From: a virus
Taxonomy: Duplodnaviria; Caudoviricetes
Strand: one strand, 5' to 3'
DNA: 37,864 nucleotides
Virus record (IMG/VR): IMGVR_UViG_3300012919_000018
Location: 1 to 37,864 of that record
Position 1 is the stretch's first letter. The number at the start of each line of letters is the position of its first letter. The notes under the pieces were generated by a model, which saw nothing but the letters and a program-made list of their open reading frames with translations, had not been told where the DNA came from and searched no databases. The position numbers and the translations under genes were made by a program. Below are positions 9,130-17,876 of the stretch, piece after piece.

Positions 9130-9591
9130 ATGGAAAAGAAAACGAATAAAAAAACTTCCCGCGCGAGTCAGACTCGGGCTAAAACTGAAAAGCCTAAAGT
9201 ATGGACTCCACCATCAGCACTAGATGCACCGCCTGCACCAGACGGATATAGACACAGATGGATAAGAGCCGAGAGTATGGGAAACGATGATTCCAAAAAT
9301 ATTACCGGTAAAACTCGATCTGGTTGGGATTTTGTCAGAGCTGACGAATATCCTGATGAAGACTACCCGTCAGTAGAAACAGGTAAGTATGCAGGTGTTA
9401 TAGGAGTTGGTGGCCTTGTGCTGGCAAGGATACCCGAAGAGCTCGCGCAACAACGAGAAGCATATTATCAACAGATGACTGCTGATCGTACTGAAGCATT
9501 AGATAACGATGTCTTGAAGGAACAGCACCCAAGTATGCCGATCAACCAAGATCGACAGACTCGTGTAACTTTTGGTGGTACAAAGAAATAG
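9130..9591 (+). CDS. Head-module hypothetical protein
   Basis: 153 aa between scaffold and decoration/capsid genes; RBS aaggagg; PPAPDGYRHRWIR motif. Confidence 0.7.
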   Translation: MEKKTNKKTSRASQTRAKTEKPKVWTPPSALDAPPAPDGYRHRWIRAESMGNDDSKNITGKTRSGWDFVRADEYPDEDYPSVETGKYAGVIGVGGLVLARIPEELAQQREAYYQQMTADRTEALDNDVLKEQHPSMPINQDRQTRVTFGGTKK

Positions 9592-9647
9592 CATTTTGAT
9601 ATTTCGACCACTGATATAAACAACAACCTTTAAGGAGGGTAAAACAT

Positions 9648-10190
9648 ATGGCAAATTTAGACGCCGCATTTGGTTTGAACCCAGTTGGCAGTATCAGCGG
9701 AGGAGCTAACCAAAAACTCAATGAGTACAAAATTGCATCTAACGAAGCTAATGCAATTTTCCAGGGCGACATGGTACAGCCAGACTCTGGCAATATCCAG
9801 CAAGCTGGAACAGGTACGACTAACATTGGTGTTTTTTGGGGTTGTAAATTCGACGACGCAACAACTAACAAACCAACTTTTAAAAACCAGTCTGCAGCAA
9901 GCGGAAACGGAGCTGTAGCTGACGCGTTTGTATATGATGATCCACACCAAGTATTCGAAATACAAGGTGACGGTGCATCTGCACAAACTGACGTTATGCA
10001 AACAGCAGACGTAGTCGTAGGCACAGGCTCAACAGCAACAGGTGTAAGTGCAATGGAATTAGATTCTAGTGACATCGGTACTGGTGCCAATCTAATGATT
10101 ATCGGTTTTTCTGGAAAAACTGGTAGATCAGAAATTGGTTCAGCTAACGCAGTCTACAAAGTTCTAATTAATGAGCACTTGTACGCATAA
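9648..10190 (+). CDS. Putative capsid decoration/cement protein
   Basis: Gly/Ala-rich beta protein directly upstream of the major capsid gene; RBS taaggagg. Confidence 0.6.
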   Translation: MANLDAAFGLNPVGSISGGANQKLNEYKIASNEANAIFQGDMVQPDSGNIQQAGTGTTNIGVFWGCKFDDATTNKPTFKNQSAASGNGAVADAFVYDDPHQVFEIQGDGASAQTDVMQTADVVVGTGSTATGVSAMELDSSDIGTGANLMIIGFSGKTGRSEIGSANAVYKVLINEHLYA

Positions 10191-10209
10191 TAGCAGGAGG
10201 ACATAAATA

Positions 10210-11112
10210 ATGGCTATATCAAGACAACAACTAGCTAAAGAGCTAGAGCCAGGTCTGAATGCATTATTCGGACTTGAGTATAAAAACTACGAGAACCAAC
10301 ACGCAGAAATCTATGATACAGAAAATTCTGATCGAGCATTCGAAGAAGAAGTAATGTTATCAGGTTTCGATAAAGCGAATGTAAAAGCTGAGGGTTCAGC
10401 AGTTGCTTATGACAACGCGCAAGAGACTTTCACTGCAAGATATCAACACGAGACAATTGCTCTCGCGTTTGCAATCACTGAAGAAGCGATTGAAGATAAC
10501 TTGTATGACAAGATCTCTACTCGTTATACAAAAGCACTAGCTAGATCTATGGCTCAAACAAAGCAAGTTAAAGCTGTCAATATTCTTGACAACGCTTTCA
10601 CATCAGCTACTGGCGGTGACGGTAAAGCACTTTGTGCAACTGACCACCCAACAATAGCTGGAACTTTCTCTAACGAGTTAGCAACATCTGCTGACCTTAG
10701 TGAAACTTCACTAGAGCAAGCTTGCATTGACATCGCTAAGATGACTGACGAACGTGGCTTAAAAATTGCAGCGAAAGGGCAGAAGTTAATCATTCACTCT
10801 TCACAACAATTTATAGCTGAGAGAATCATGAAATCTGCAAACAGAGTTGGAACAGCTGACAATGACATCAACGCATTGGCATCTAAAGGAATGATCCCAC
10901 AAGGATATGTGGTAAACAATTTCCTATCTGATGATGACGCGTTCTTCATTAAGACTGATGTTCCTAACGGTCTGAAACACATGGTTCGTGCACCAATCAA
11001 AACTGCCATGGAAGGTGATTTTGAAACTGGTAACATGAGATATAAAGCTAGGGAAAGATACAGCTTCGGCTTCTCTGATCCTAGAGGTATCTTCGGATCT
11101 CCAGGTGCATAA
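10210..11112 (+). CDS. Major capsid protein (HK97 fold, Mu gpT-like family)
   Basis: 300 aa; MAISRQQLAKELEPGLNALFG, ALAFAITEEAIEDNLY, YKARERYSFGFSDPRGIFGS; strong RBS; followed by a terminator. Confidence 0.9.
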   Translation: MAISRQQLAKELEPGLNALFGLEYKNYENQHAEIYDTENSDRAFEEEVMLSGFDKANVKAEGSAVAYDNAQETFTARYQHETIALAFAITEEAIEDNLYDKISTRYTKALARSMAQTKQVKAVNILDNAFTSATGGDGKALCATDHPTIAGTFSNELATSADLSETSLEQACIDIAKMTDERGLKIAAKGQKLIIHSSQQFIAERIMKSANRVGTADNDINALASKGMIPQGYVVNNFLSDDDAFFIKTDVPNGLKHMVRAPIKTAMEGDFETGNMRYKARERYSFGFSDPRGIFGSPGA

Positions 11113-11137
11113 TCGTTAAGGTTACAAACCTATTAAG

Positions 11138-11165
11138 AGGGGCGCTTCGGCGCCCCTTTTTATTT
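11138..11165 (+). terminator. Rho-independent terminator after the major capsid gene
   Basis: aggggcgc-ttcg-gcgcccct hairpin with a cUUCGg tetraloop followed by a T-tract. Confidence 0.9.
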
Positions 11166-11192
11166 GCAAATAACATATTAAAAGCGTATATT
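11164..11192 (+). promoter_or_regulatory. Sigma70-like promoter
   Basis: TTGCAA (11164-11169), 17-nt spacer, TATATT (11187-11192), just after the terminator. Confidence 0.6.
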
Positions 11193-11198
11193 CACAAT

Positions 11199-11270
11199 AC
11201 TGCGATAAAATAGTTAATATAGACGCGCGCAGTCGACGGCCTAGAGACTATATTAACGGAAACTAGGAGG
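11199..11270 (+). ncRNA. Structured RNA leader / pseudoknot; candidate Mu-gpT downstream element (Mu-gpT-DE)-like motif
   Basis: gttaatatag (11213-11222) pairs with ctatattaac (11248-11257). actgcg (11199-11204) pairs with the loop sequence cgcagt (11228-11233). Lies downstream of a gpT-like capsid gene. Confidence 0.5.
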
Positions 11271-11278
11271 ATTATATC

Positions 11279-11671
11279 ATGGCTAAAACTACTTTTTCAG
11301 GTCCAGTACTAGAAGGTAAAGAGGGTGTAAATATTGAAACTAAAGCTTCAAACTACACTGTCGTTGCTACTACAGACTCAGGAAAAACTTTTGTAAGTTC
11401 AACTGACGGAGTTGTATTTACTTTACCGGCAATTGCTACTGGAGAGGTTTACAAATTTGTAAACGCTGCAGAAGATGGCACTAACACATTAACTATCAGC
11501 CCAAATGCTTCTGACGGAATCCAGTACGCTGGTTCTGCAACAGATGATAAAGATTTAATCAACACAAAAGCTACCTCTAAACAAGGTGACTATGTTGTGA
11601 TTGCATCTTTAGACAGCACAACTAACTGGTCAGTTACTGAAGTTAGAGGCGTTTTTGCTAAAGAATCGTAA
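11279..11671 (+). CDS. Putative minor virion / head fibre-type protein
   Basis: 130-aa Thr/Ser-rich beta protein (VFTLPA...LTISPN); RBS aggagg. Confidence 0.6.
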   Translation: MAKTTFSGPVLEGKEGVNIETKASNYTVVATTDSGKTFVSSTDGVVFTLPAIATGEVYKFVNAAEDGTNTLTISPNASDGIQYAGSATDDKDLINTKATSKQGDYVVIASLDSTTNWSVTEVRGVFAKES

Positions 11672-11681
11672 GATTAATTAA

Positions 11682-11701
11682 TGTGGGGCTTCGGCCCCAC
11701 A
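11682..11701 (+). terminator. GC-rich hairpin with UUCG loop (weak terminator or mRNA stabiliser)
   Basis: tgtggggc-ttcg-gccccaca; lacks a clean U-tract. Confidence 0.5.
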
Positions 11702-11720
11702 AATTTAGGAGGATAATATT

Positions 11721-12005
11721 ATGGCAGGTGGAGGATCTTTTACATCTGATCAGAGAACAGCTCATCTAGCAGCTGACGGACAATTAGTAACGGGACCTTG
11801 TAGAGTAACTTCTATACAAGCAGCAGGAGCAGCAAGCTCAACTGTTGTGTTATATGATGGAACTTCTGCATCAGGAGACTCACATACTTTTAAGTTTGGC
11901 ACAGAAGGACTAGAGGTGTATGTACCAGGTAGTGGTATAAGATTTAAGACAGGTGTGTTTTTAGATTTAACAGCTACTGGTGGCGTTACAGTAACGTTTA
12001 ACTAG
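11721..12005 (+). CDS. Hypothetical virion protein
   Basis: 94-aa beta-rich ORF with RBS aggagg, in the structural module. Confidence 0.65.
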   Translation: MAGGGSFTSDQRTAHLAADGQLVTGPCRVTSIQAAGAASSTVVLYDGTSASGDSHTFKFGTEGLEVYVPGSGIRFKTGVFLDLTATGGVTVTFN

Positions 12006-12013
12006 GGGGCTAA

Positions 12014-12760
12014 ATGGCAACATCAGGTACAACTACTTTTGAAAGTGGTTTCTTAATTGACGATGTCATACAAGAATCTTACGATCGAGTAGGAGTTAAA
12101 TCAGTAAGCGGTTATCAATTAAAATCAGCAAGACGTTCTTTGAATATAATGTTCCAAGAATGGGCCAATAGAGGTCTGCATTATTGGGAAATAGATAAGA
12201 CGAATATTGACCTAGTAGAAGGACAAGCAGAGTATAAGTTTTTTAGAAGCACTGATGACGGCACAAGTGCAGTTACAACACCGACAAATGGTATATATGG
12301 TGTTGATGATATATTAGAAGCTGCTTTGAGAAATAACAGAACACAAACGACTCAAAGTGATTCTGCTCTTACGAAGATAAATAGATCTACATACTCCGGT
12401 TTATCTAACAAATTATCAAAAGGATCTCCCTCACAATATTACGTGCAAAGATTTATTGATCATACAATGTTAACTGTTTACCCAACACCTGACGCAACCG
12501 CTGCTACAAAAGATCTTGCAATTTATTTTGTAAAAAGAATTCAAGACGCAGGTGGATATAGTAATACAGCTGACGTTCCTTACAGGTTTGTGCCTTGCAT
12601 GACAGCTGGTCTTTCTTATTATTTAAGTCAAAAAGTAAAACCAGAATTAGTACAGCAAATGAAATTATTATATGAAGATGAATTACAAAGAGCGTTAGCA
12701 GAAGACGGCTCATCTTCTAGTACGTTCATAACTCCACAGGCATATTACCCAAATGTCTAA
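12014..12760 (+). CDS. Head-tail adaptor / tail tubular protein A-like
   Basis: SARRSLNIMFQEWANRG helix, PSQYYVQR...LTVYPTPD beta insert and helical C-terminus, typical of podovirus adaptor rings. Confidence 0.7.
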   Translation: MATSGTTTFESGFLIDDVIQESYDRVGVKSVSGYQLKSARRSLNIMFQEWANRGLHYWEIDKTNIDLVEGQAEYKFFRSTDDGTSAVTTPTNGIYGVDDILEAALRNNRTQTTQSDSALTKINRSTYSGLSNKLSKGSPSQYYVQRFIDHTMLTVYPTPDATAATKDLAIYFVKRIQDAGGYSNTADVPYRFVPCMTAGLSYYLSQKVKPELVQQMKLLYEDELQRALAEDGSSSSTFITPQAYYPNV

Positions 12761-13778
12761 TTTTGCAACAGGTAGAAAATCAAAAGCCATTTCAGATAGA
12801 AGTGGTATGGAATTTCCATACACAGAAATGCGTAAAGAATGGAATGGAGCTTTTGTACATGAGTCTGAGTTTGAACCAAAACACCCACAACTAGAACCAA
12901 AAGTACAAAAAGGAGATGCACAAGGTTTGCAAAATGCAAGACCAGATAGAGTAGAACCTCCTGTTGCTCACATGTTAGGATTGAATGCTTTTTCTTCTGG
13001 TGTCAGAGATTCCATAGTTGTAAATGTAAATGATCCTGGACATGGATTTGTAAACAACGACGTTGTAAGATTTAGAAATACACAAGGTAAACTTCCTCCT
13101 TATCCAGAAGTTTCACATTTAGAAGGACATGATTTAGATGTAGCTCAAGGACATGTAGTTACAAAAATAGACAATGATAATTTTTCTTTTAGTCCTAATG
13201 ATACCTTAGATAAATTTTTGACAGACAATTGCACTCCTGGAACAACGACAGTCTATGTAGATTTAGATGGAACTCTTACAGAATATTATCAAGCAGTAGC
13301 AACTTTTGCTACATCACAAGGTTTGTTAGACTCTGGCGGTGATTGGTATGGACTAACTCCAGTGATTGAAGCAGCCGCAGTAAATGCAGCACCTACAACA
13401 TATTTTCAAAACCTTGCTAAAAGAGCAGAAGCAGACGCTTTGATAGATTTAGTTATAGCTAAAAACGGATCTTGGGAGGTTTTATCTTCTCAAGTAGTTG
13501 GAACAAATCAGGTTGCACAAAAAGACGCTTGGGTTACAGCAAACTTTGGCACTCCTGGATCAGGTGTTGGTAGAGCTCCTGCAGCCACTAACTACGCAAC
13601 TAATTTTAATAAAGGTCCTTACGGTGGAGCTAATAAAATATTAATTGACGACAGAACTACCTATATTAATCAATTTGAAGCTGCTGGAGGTAAAGGCTTT
13701 AAATACTATGAAAGTGGTGGTATATTGAGATTTGGAGGAGGCAGGTCATCAGTTGGACCTGTTACAGCATTAGCATGA
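12753..13778 (+). CDS. Tail-region structural protein with an inserted HAD-superfamily phosphatase (5'-nucleotidase-like) domain
   Basis: N-terminal AISDRSG..EWNG..EPKHPQLEP, then beta domain DPGHGF..DVVRF, then HAD motifs I (VYVDLDGT), II (VLSS), III (NK), IV (ILIDDR). Confidence 0.75.
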   Translation: MSNFATGRKSKAISDRSGMEFPYTEMRKEWNGAFVHESEFEPKHPQLEPKVQKGDAQGLQNARPDRVEPPVAHMLGLNAFSSGVRDSIVVNVNDPGHGFVNNDVVRFRNTQGKLPPYPEVSHLEGHDLDVAQGHVVTKIDNDNFSFSPNDTLDKFLTDNCTPGTTTVYVDLDGTLTEYYQAVATFATSQGLLDSGGDWYGLTPVIEAAAVNAAPTTYFQNLAKRAEADALIDLVIAKNGSWEVLSSQVVGTNQVAQKDAWVTANFGTPGSGVGRAPAATNYATNFNKGPYGGANKILIDDRTTYINQFEAAGGKGFKYYESGGILRFGGGRSSVGPVTALA

Positions 13779-14476
13779 CAACATACGCAGAATTAGTAAC
13801 GCAGATTAGAGATTACACAGAAACCGATAATCAGGTTTTAACTGATGCTATTATTAATGATTTTATTGAGCATGCAGAGCACAGAATATTTAGAGATATT
13901 GAATTAAACAGTGATAATGTTTATGTAAATGGAAACACAGCAGCTAATAATAGGTTTGTTAGATTACCTGGTTTTAGTGCAACAGATCCTAGTAAACCAT
14001 CTATAGATGAAATAGCGACTATTAGGTATGTGACTTTATACACAGATACGGCTCCTAGAACACGTTTTGATCTAGTTAGAGTTGATCAAGATTTTTTGGC
14101 TGAGTATTATGACACCCCAGAAGTGGGCTCTTCGGCTAAACCCAGATACTTTGCTAACTGGGATATGGGCACAATAGTCGTTGCGCCTACGCCCAATGCA
14201 GTGTATAAATTTGAGATAGGTATTACTAAAAAACCAACAGGCTTATCAAGTAGTAACACCAAAACATGGGTTAGCGTAAACGCTCCTAATGTTATTTTGT
14301 ATGCCTGCCTATGTGAAGCTTTTAAGTTCTTGAAAGCTCCACAAGACCAACAAGTGTATGAAGCTTCTTATCAAGAGGCCATACAAGCACTTGCACAAGA
14401 ACAATTAGGTAAAAAAAGAAGAGATGAGTTTAGGGATGGGTCGTTACGTGTTCCTATACCATCAGCAAACCCTTAA
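13775..14476 (+). CDS. Second adaptor/tail ring protein
   Basis: MTTYAELVTQIRDY...FIEHAEHRI, KPRYFA...IVVAPTP, ILYACLCEA; ATGA-coupled. Confidence 0.65.
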   Translation: MTTYAELVTQIRDYTETDNQVLTDAIINDFIEHAEHRIFRDIELNSDNVYVNGNTAANNRFVRLPGFSATDPSKPSIDEIATIRYVTLYTDTAPRTRFDLVRVDQDFLAEYYDTPEVGSSAKPRYFANWDMGTIVVAPTPNAVYKFEIGITKKPTGLSSSNTKTWVSVNAPNVILYACLCEAFKFLKAPQDQQVYEASYQEAIQALAQEQLGKKRRDEFRDGSLRVPIPSANP

Positions 14477-14488
14477 TAGGAGAATATT

Positions 14489-14929
14489 ATGGCAATATCA
14501 CAAGCAGTTTGTAGTGTATTCAAACAAGAGCTTTTAAAAGGAAACCACGATTTTGATGGTGGTGCAACTTACTATCTTGCATTATATACTTCTTCAGCAA
14601 ACTTAGGAGCTGCAACCACAGCTTATTCTACATCTAATGAAATTACAAATGCATCAGGAACAGCTTATACAGCAGGCGGTAAAGCTTTAACTAACCCTTC
14701 TGTTACTTTATCTGGAACAACTGCTTTTGTAGATTTTGATGATGTGTCTTTTACAAGTGCGTCTTTTACTGCAAACGGTGCACTAATTTATAGACAAGAT
14801 GGTGGTGGCCCAACTAATGATGCTGTTGTTGTGTTAGCGTTCGGTGGTGACTTTACAGCTTCTAATGGTACATTCACAGTTCAATTCCCAACAGCGGGTG
14901 GTGGATCAGAGATTATCAGATTAGGATAG
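14489..14929 (+). CDS. Virion structural protein (tail-associated)
   Basis: FKQELLKG, LALYTS, YTAGGKAL, GALIY motifs; RBS aggag. Confidence 0.6.
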   Translation: MAISQAVCSVFKQELLKGNHDFDGGATYYLALYTSSANLGAATTAYSTSNEITNASGTAYTAGGKALTNPSVTLSGTTAFVDFDDVSFTSASFTANGALIYRQDGGGPTNDAVVVLAFGGDFTASNGTFTVQFPTAGGGSEIIRLG

Positions 14930-14937
14930 GAGGATAA

Positions 14938-16716
14938 ATGGCCTTCGTCGTAAATGATAGAGTCAAAGAAACGACCACAAGCACAGGAACGGGTACAATT
15001 AACCTTGCTGGAGCTGAGACTGGTTTTGAAACATTTGTAGCAGGAATAGGTAATAGTAATACAACTTACTACTGTATCCAAGCACAAGGTGGTTCTGCTT
15101 TTGAAATAGGTGTCGGTACAGTTACTGATGCGTCGCCTGATACACTTTCACGTACAGCAATTATTTCAAGTTCTAACAGTGATGCTGTTGTTGATTTTGC
15201 AGCAGGTACAAAAGATGTTTTTTGTACACTTCCTGCATCCAAAGCTGTAATAGAAGACAGTAGTACAAACGCCGATATTGCTGGAAACTTAACTATTGGT
15301 GGCACAGTAGATGGTGTTGATATTGCAGCTAGAGACGCTGTCTTAACTTCTACAACCACGACTGCAACAAACGCAAATACAACCGCTAATGCAGCTTTAC
15401 CTAAAGCCGGCGGCACCATGACTGGTAATATAGTCATGTCTGGATCAGAAACAGTTGATGGTGTAGATATTTCTGCAAGAGATGCCGTACTAAGTTCTAC
15501 TACAACCACGGCTACTAATGCAGAAACTACAGCAAACGCCGCTTTACCAAAAGCTGGTGGCACAATGACTGGCAACTTAGTTCTGAGTAGTGCTAACATT
15601 ACAATGAGTGGTTCAGAAACTGTTGACGGCGTAGATATTTCAGCAAGAGATTCAGTATTAACTTCTACAACCACTACAGCAAATGCTGCCTTGCCAAAAG
15701 CAGGTGGCACGATGACTGGTGACATTTCTCATGCTTCTAACTTTACTTTAGATATTGGTGGCAACATAAGATTAGATGCTGATGACAATGGTGAAGTTAG
15801 ACTATTAGATGGTGGTACACAATATGGCGCACTAAAAGTTGACAGTTCAAGATTAAAAATTCAAGGCATAGTTTCAGACGCAGATATGATGTTTGCTGTC
15901 AATGATGGTGGAAGTGAAATAACTGCTCTTACACTTGATGCCTCTGAACAGGGAAATGCAATTTTTAATAAGAACGCTGTATTTGCAGATAATGGTAAAG
16001 CCCTATTTGGTGATGGCACCGACTTAGCAATTTATCACGATGGTAATGATAGTTACATAACCGAAGAAGGAACAGGAACTTTAATTATAAGAGGATCAAC
16101 TGCTGTAAGAATTACAAATGTTGGTGGTGATAATATGTTTCAAGGAACTGATGGTGGAGCAGCAGAGCTATACCACGCTGGAACAAAAATGTTTTCTACT
16201 ACTTCAAGTGGGTGTCAAGTTGAAGCTGATAAAAGATTAGAAATTGTTAATGGCGCTAACTGGTCAGGTGAACAAGTAGGTAAAATAGAACATCACTCTA
16301 ACAGTATGTATCACCAGTTTAACACTAGTTGGATTGCAAGAAATTCAAGTGGTAATAATATGTTTACTCTTGATAGCTCTGGAAATGGTACTTTTAACGC
16401 CAATGTTACAGCCTATAGTGATAATCGTTTAAAAGAAGATATTAAAACAATAGACAATGCTTTAGACAAAGTTTGTAAACTAAGAGGTGTTGAGTACACA
16501 CGAAAAGAAACAAAAGCTAGAGAGATTGGTGTTATTGCTCAAGAGGTAAAAGAAATCGTGCCTGAGTTGGTAGCTATAGAAAACTTAAAGTCAGACATAA
16601 ACCCAGATGCCTTAGAAGATATGCATACAATGAAATATCAAAATACTGTTGGTTTACTTATAGAGGCAATTAAAGAATTAAAAGCTGAAATAGAAACATT
16701 AAAAAAGGATAAATAA
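14938..16716 (+). CDS. Tail fibre with C-terminal intramolecular chaperone (peptidase S74) domain
   Basis: DRVKETTT..GTG N-terminus, ALPKAGGTMTG shaft repeats, C-terminal YSDNRLKEDI...IGVIAQEV...LIEAIKELKAEIE. Confidence 0.88.
   Translation: MAFVVNDRVKETTTSTGTGTINLAGAETGFETFVAGIGNSNTTYYCIQAQGGSAFEIGVGTVTDASPDTLSRTAIISSSNSDAVVDFAAGTKDVFCTLPASKAVIEDSSTNADIAGNLTIGGTVDGVDIAARDAVLTSTTTTATNANTTANAALPKAGGTMTGNIVMSGSETVDGVDISARDAVLSSTTTTATNAETTANAALPKAGGTMTGNLVLSSANITMSGSETVDGVDISARDSVLTSTTTTANAALPKAGGTMTGDISHASNFTLDIGGNIRLDADDNGEVRLLDGGTQYGALKVDSSRLKIQGIVSDADMMFAVNDGGSEITALTLDASEQGNAIFNKNAVFADNGKALFGDGTDLAIYHDGNDSYITEEGTGTLIIRGSTAVRITNVGGDNMFQGTDGGAAELYHAGTKMFSTTSSGCQVEADKRLEIVNGANWSGEQVGKIEHHSNSMYHQFNTSWIARNSSGNNMFTLDSSGNGTFNANVTAYSDNRLKEDIKTIDNALDKVCKLRGVEYTRKETKAREIGVIAQEVKEIVPELVAIENLKSDINPDALEDMHTMKYQNTVGLLIEAIKELKAEIETLKKDK
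15304..15720 (+). repeat. Three tandem coding repeats in the tail fibre (TVDGVDI.ARD.VL.STTTTA..AALPKAGGTMTG)
   Basis: Units start at about 15304, 15451 and 15619; the third is 7 aa shorter. Confidence 0.88.
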
Positions 16717-17876
16717 TGTTTTTTGGAGCAACCGCATTTGGACAGTCTCCTTTTGGAGCAGTAGGTGAAACCACAGAATTAATTACCGTTGCACCTTCAG
16801 GCGTATTATTAACACTTACTTTATCTAATGCGTATACCATAAACAAAACTCACTTTGTAAACGGTTTTACTCTACCACTTACACAAGGAACAGTAACACC
16901 GCAAGTTATTCCACAGGAAGATAGTTTTAATACAACTGTCTCTTTAAATTCACCTGTTGTAACTGCAGACGGAACAATACACTTACCAGCAAATAGTTTG
17001 GGAATGACTGTAAGTCTAGGTGCAACAATCGGAGTTAGTAAGTTTATTGCTACAGGAACAAGTGTCAGCACGACTGTAAATAGTGTTAGTCCTTCTGGTT
17101 CAGGTAATCCTACTATTAGCACAAATTTAATAACGTCTGCTGTAGGAACAGTTGCGTTGGGTCCTGGTATAACAGCACCGCCTGCTATTGATCCACAAGT
17201 TGCAGGTATACCGGCAGCTGACACAACTTTCGTTGTCACTGTAGTGCAATCAGGTGGTCAAAATATTTTTGTTATTGATGGTGTACAGAAACCAACACTT
17301 ACAATGACAAAAGGTAGAAAATATATATTTGATGTAAGTGATCCTACAAACGCAACACACCCACTAAGATTTCAAACAACATCAGGCGTCGCTATTACAG
17401 ATGGGGTTGTTATAACAGGATATCAAGGGCAAGCTGGAGCAAAAGTAGAATTTACTGTTCCATTCAATACTTTTGAAATTATTAGATATTACTGTACTAC
17501 ACATGGTGCCGGCATGGGCAACACTATAGATATTAAAGGACTGAAGGTAAAACTAGCTCCTGTAGTAGCTGTCACTGGCACATCCATGACATCTGCTGTA
17601 AACTCAGTAATACCAGGTATAACTGCTCAACCTTCAGGACAATCCATAACTTTATCTATAAATAGTGTAGGTCTTGGTTATGGTATAAATGTATCAGGAA
17701 ACTCCATAACATCTGCGGTCGGAACAACTTCTACGTTTACATTTAGTGATGTAGATGATACAACTACAGCTACTATACCTTTAACCTCTGTAGACACTTC
17801 AGGGGCTGGAGGAAGCTCTTGGACTGAGGTAGATGAAACCGGAGCTGGAACTATTGATGAGAGAGAGGTAGCATAA
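16716..17876 (+). CDS. Virion structural protein with a cupredoxin-like domain
   Basis: MFFGATAFGQSPF N-terminus, Ser/Thr/Val-rich body, internal PTLTMTKGRKYIFD...HPLRF...YYCTTHGAGMG. Confidence 0.65.
   Translation: MFFGATAFGQSPFGAVGETTELITVAPSGVLLTLTLSNAYTINKTHFVNGFTLPLTQGTVTPQVIPQEDSFNTTVSLNSPVVTADGTIHLPANSLGMTVSLGATIGVSKFIATGTSVSTTVNSVSPSGSGNPTISTNLITSAVGTVALGPGITAPPAIDPQVAGIPAADTTFVVTVVQSGGQNIFVIDGVQKPTLTMTKGRKYIFDVSDPTNATHPLRFQTTSGVAITDGVVITGYQGQAGAKVEFTVPFNTFEIIRYYCTTHGAGMGNTIDIKGLKVKLAPVVAVTGTSMTSAVNSVIPGITAQPSGQSITLSINSVGLGYGINVSGNSITSAVGTTSTFTFSDVDDTTTATIPLTSVDTSGAGGSSWTEVDETGAGTIDEREVA

Noticed and set aside
15304-15720. Possible CRISPR array or DGR template/variable repeat
   Set aside because: The repeats are in-frame coding units with synonymous variation, have no unique spacers or adenine-specific pattern, and no cas or reverse transcriptase gene is present in the window.
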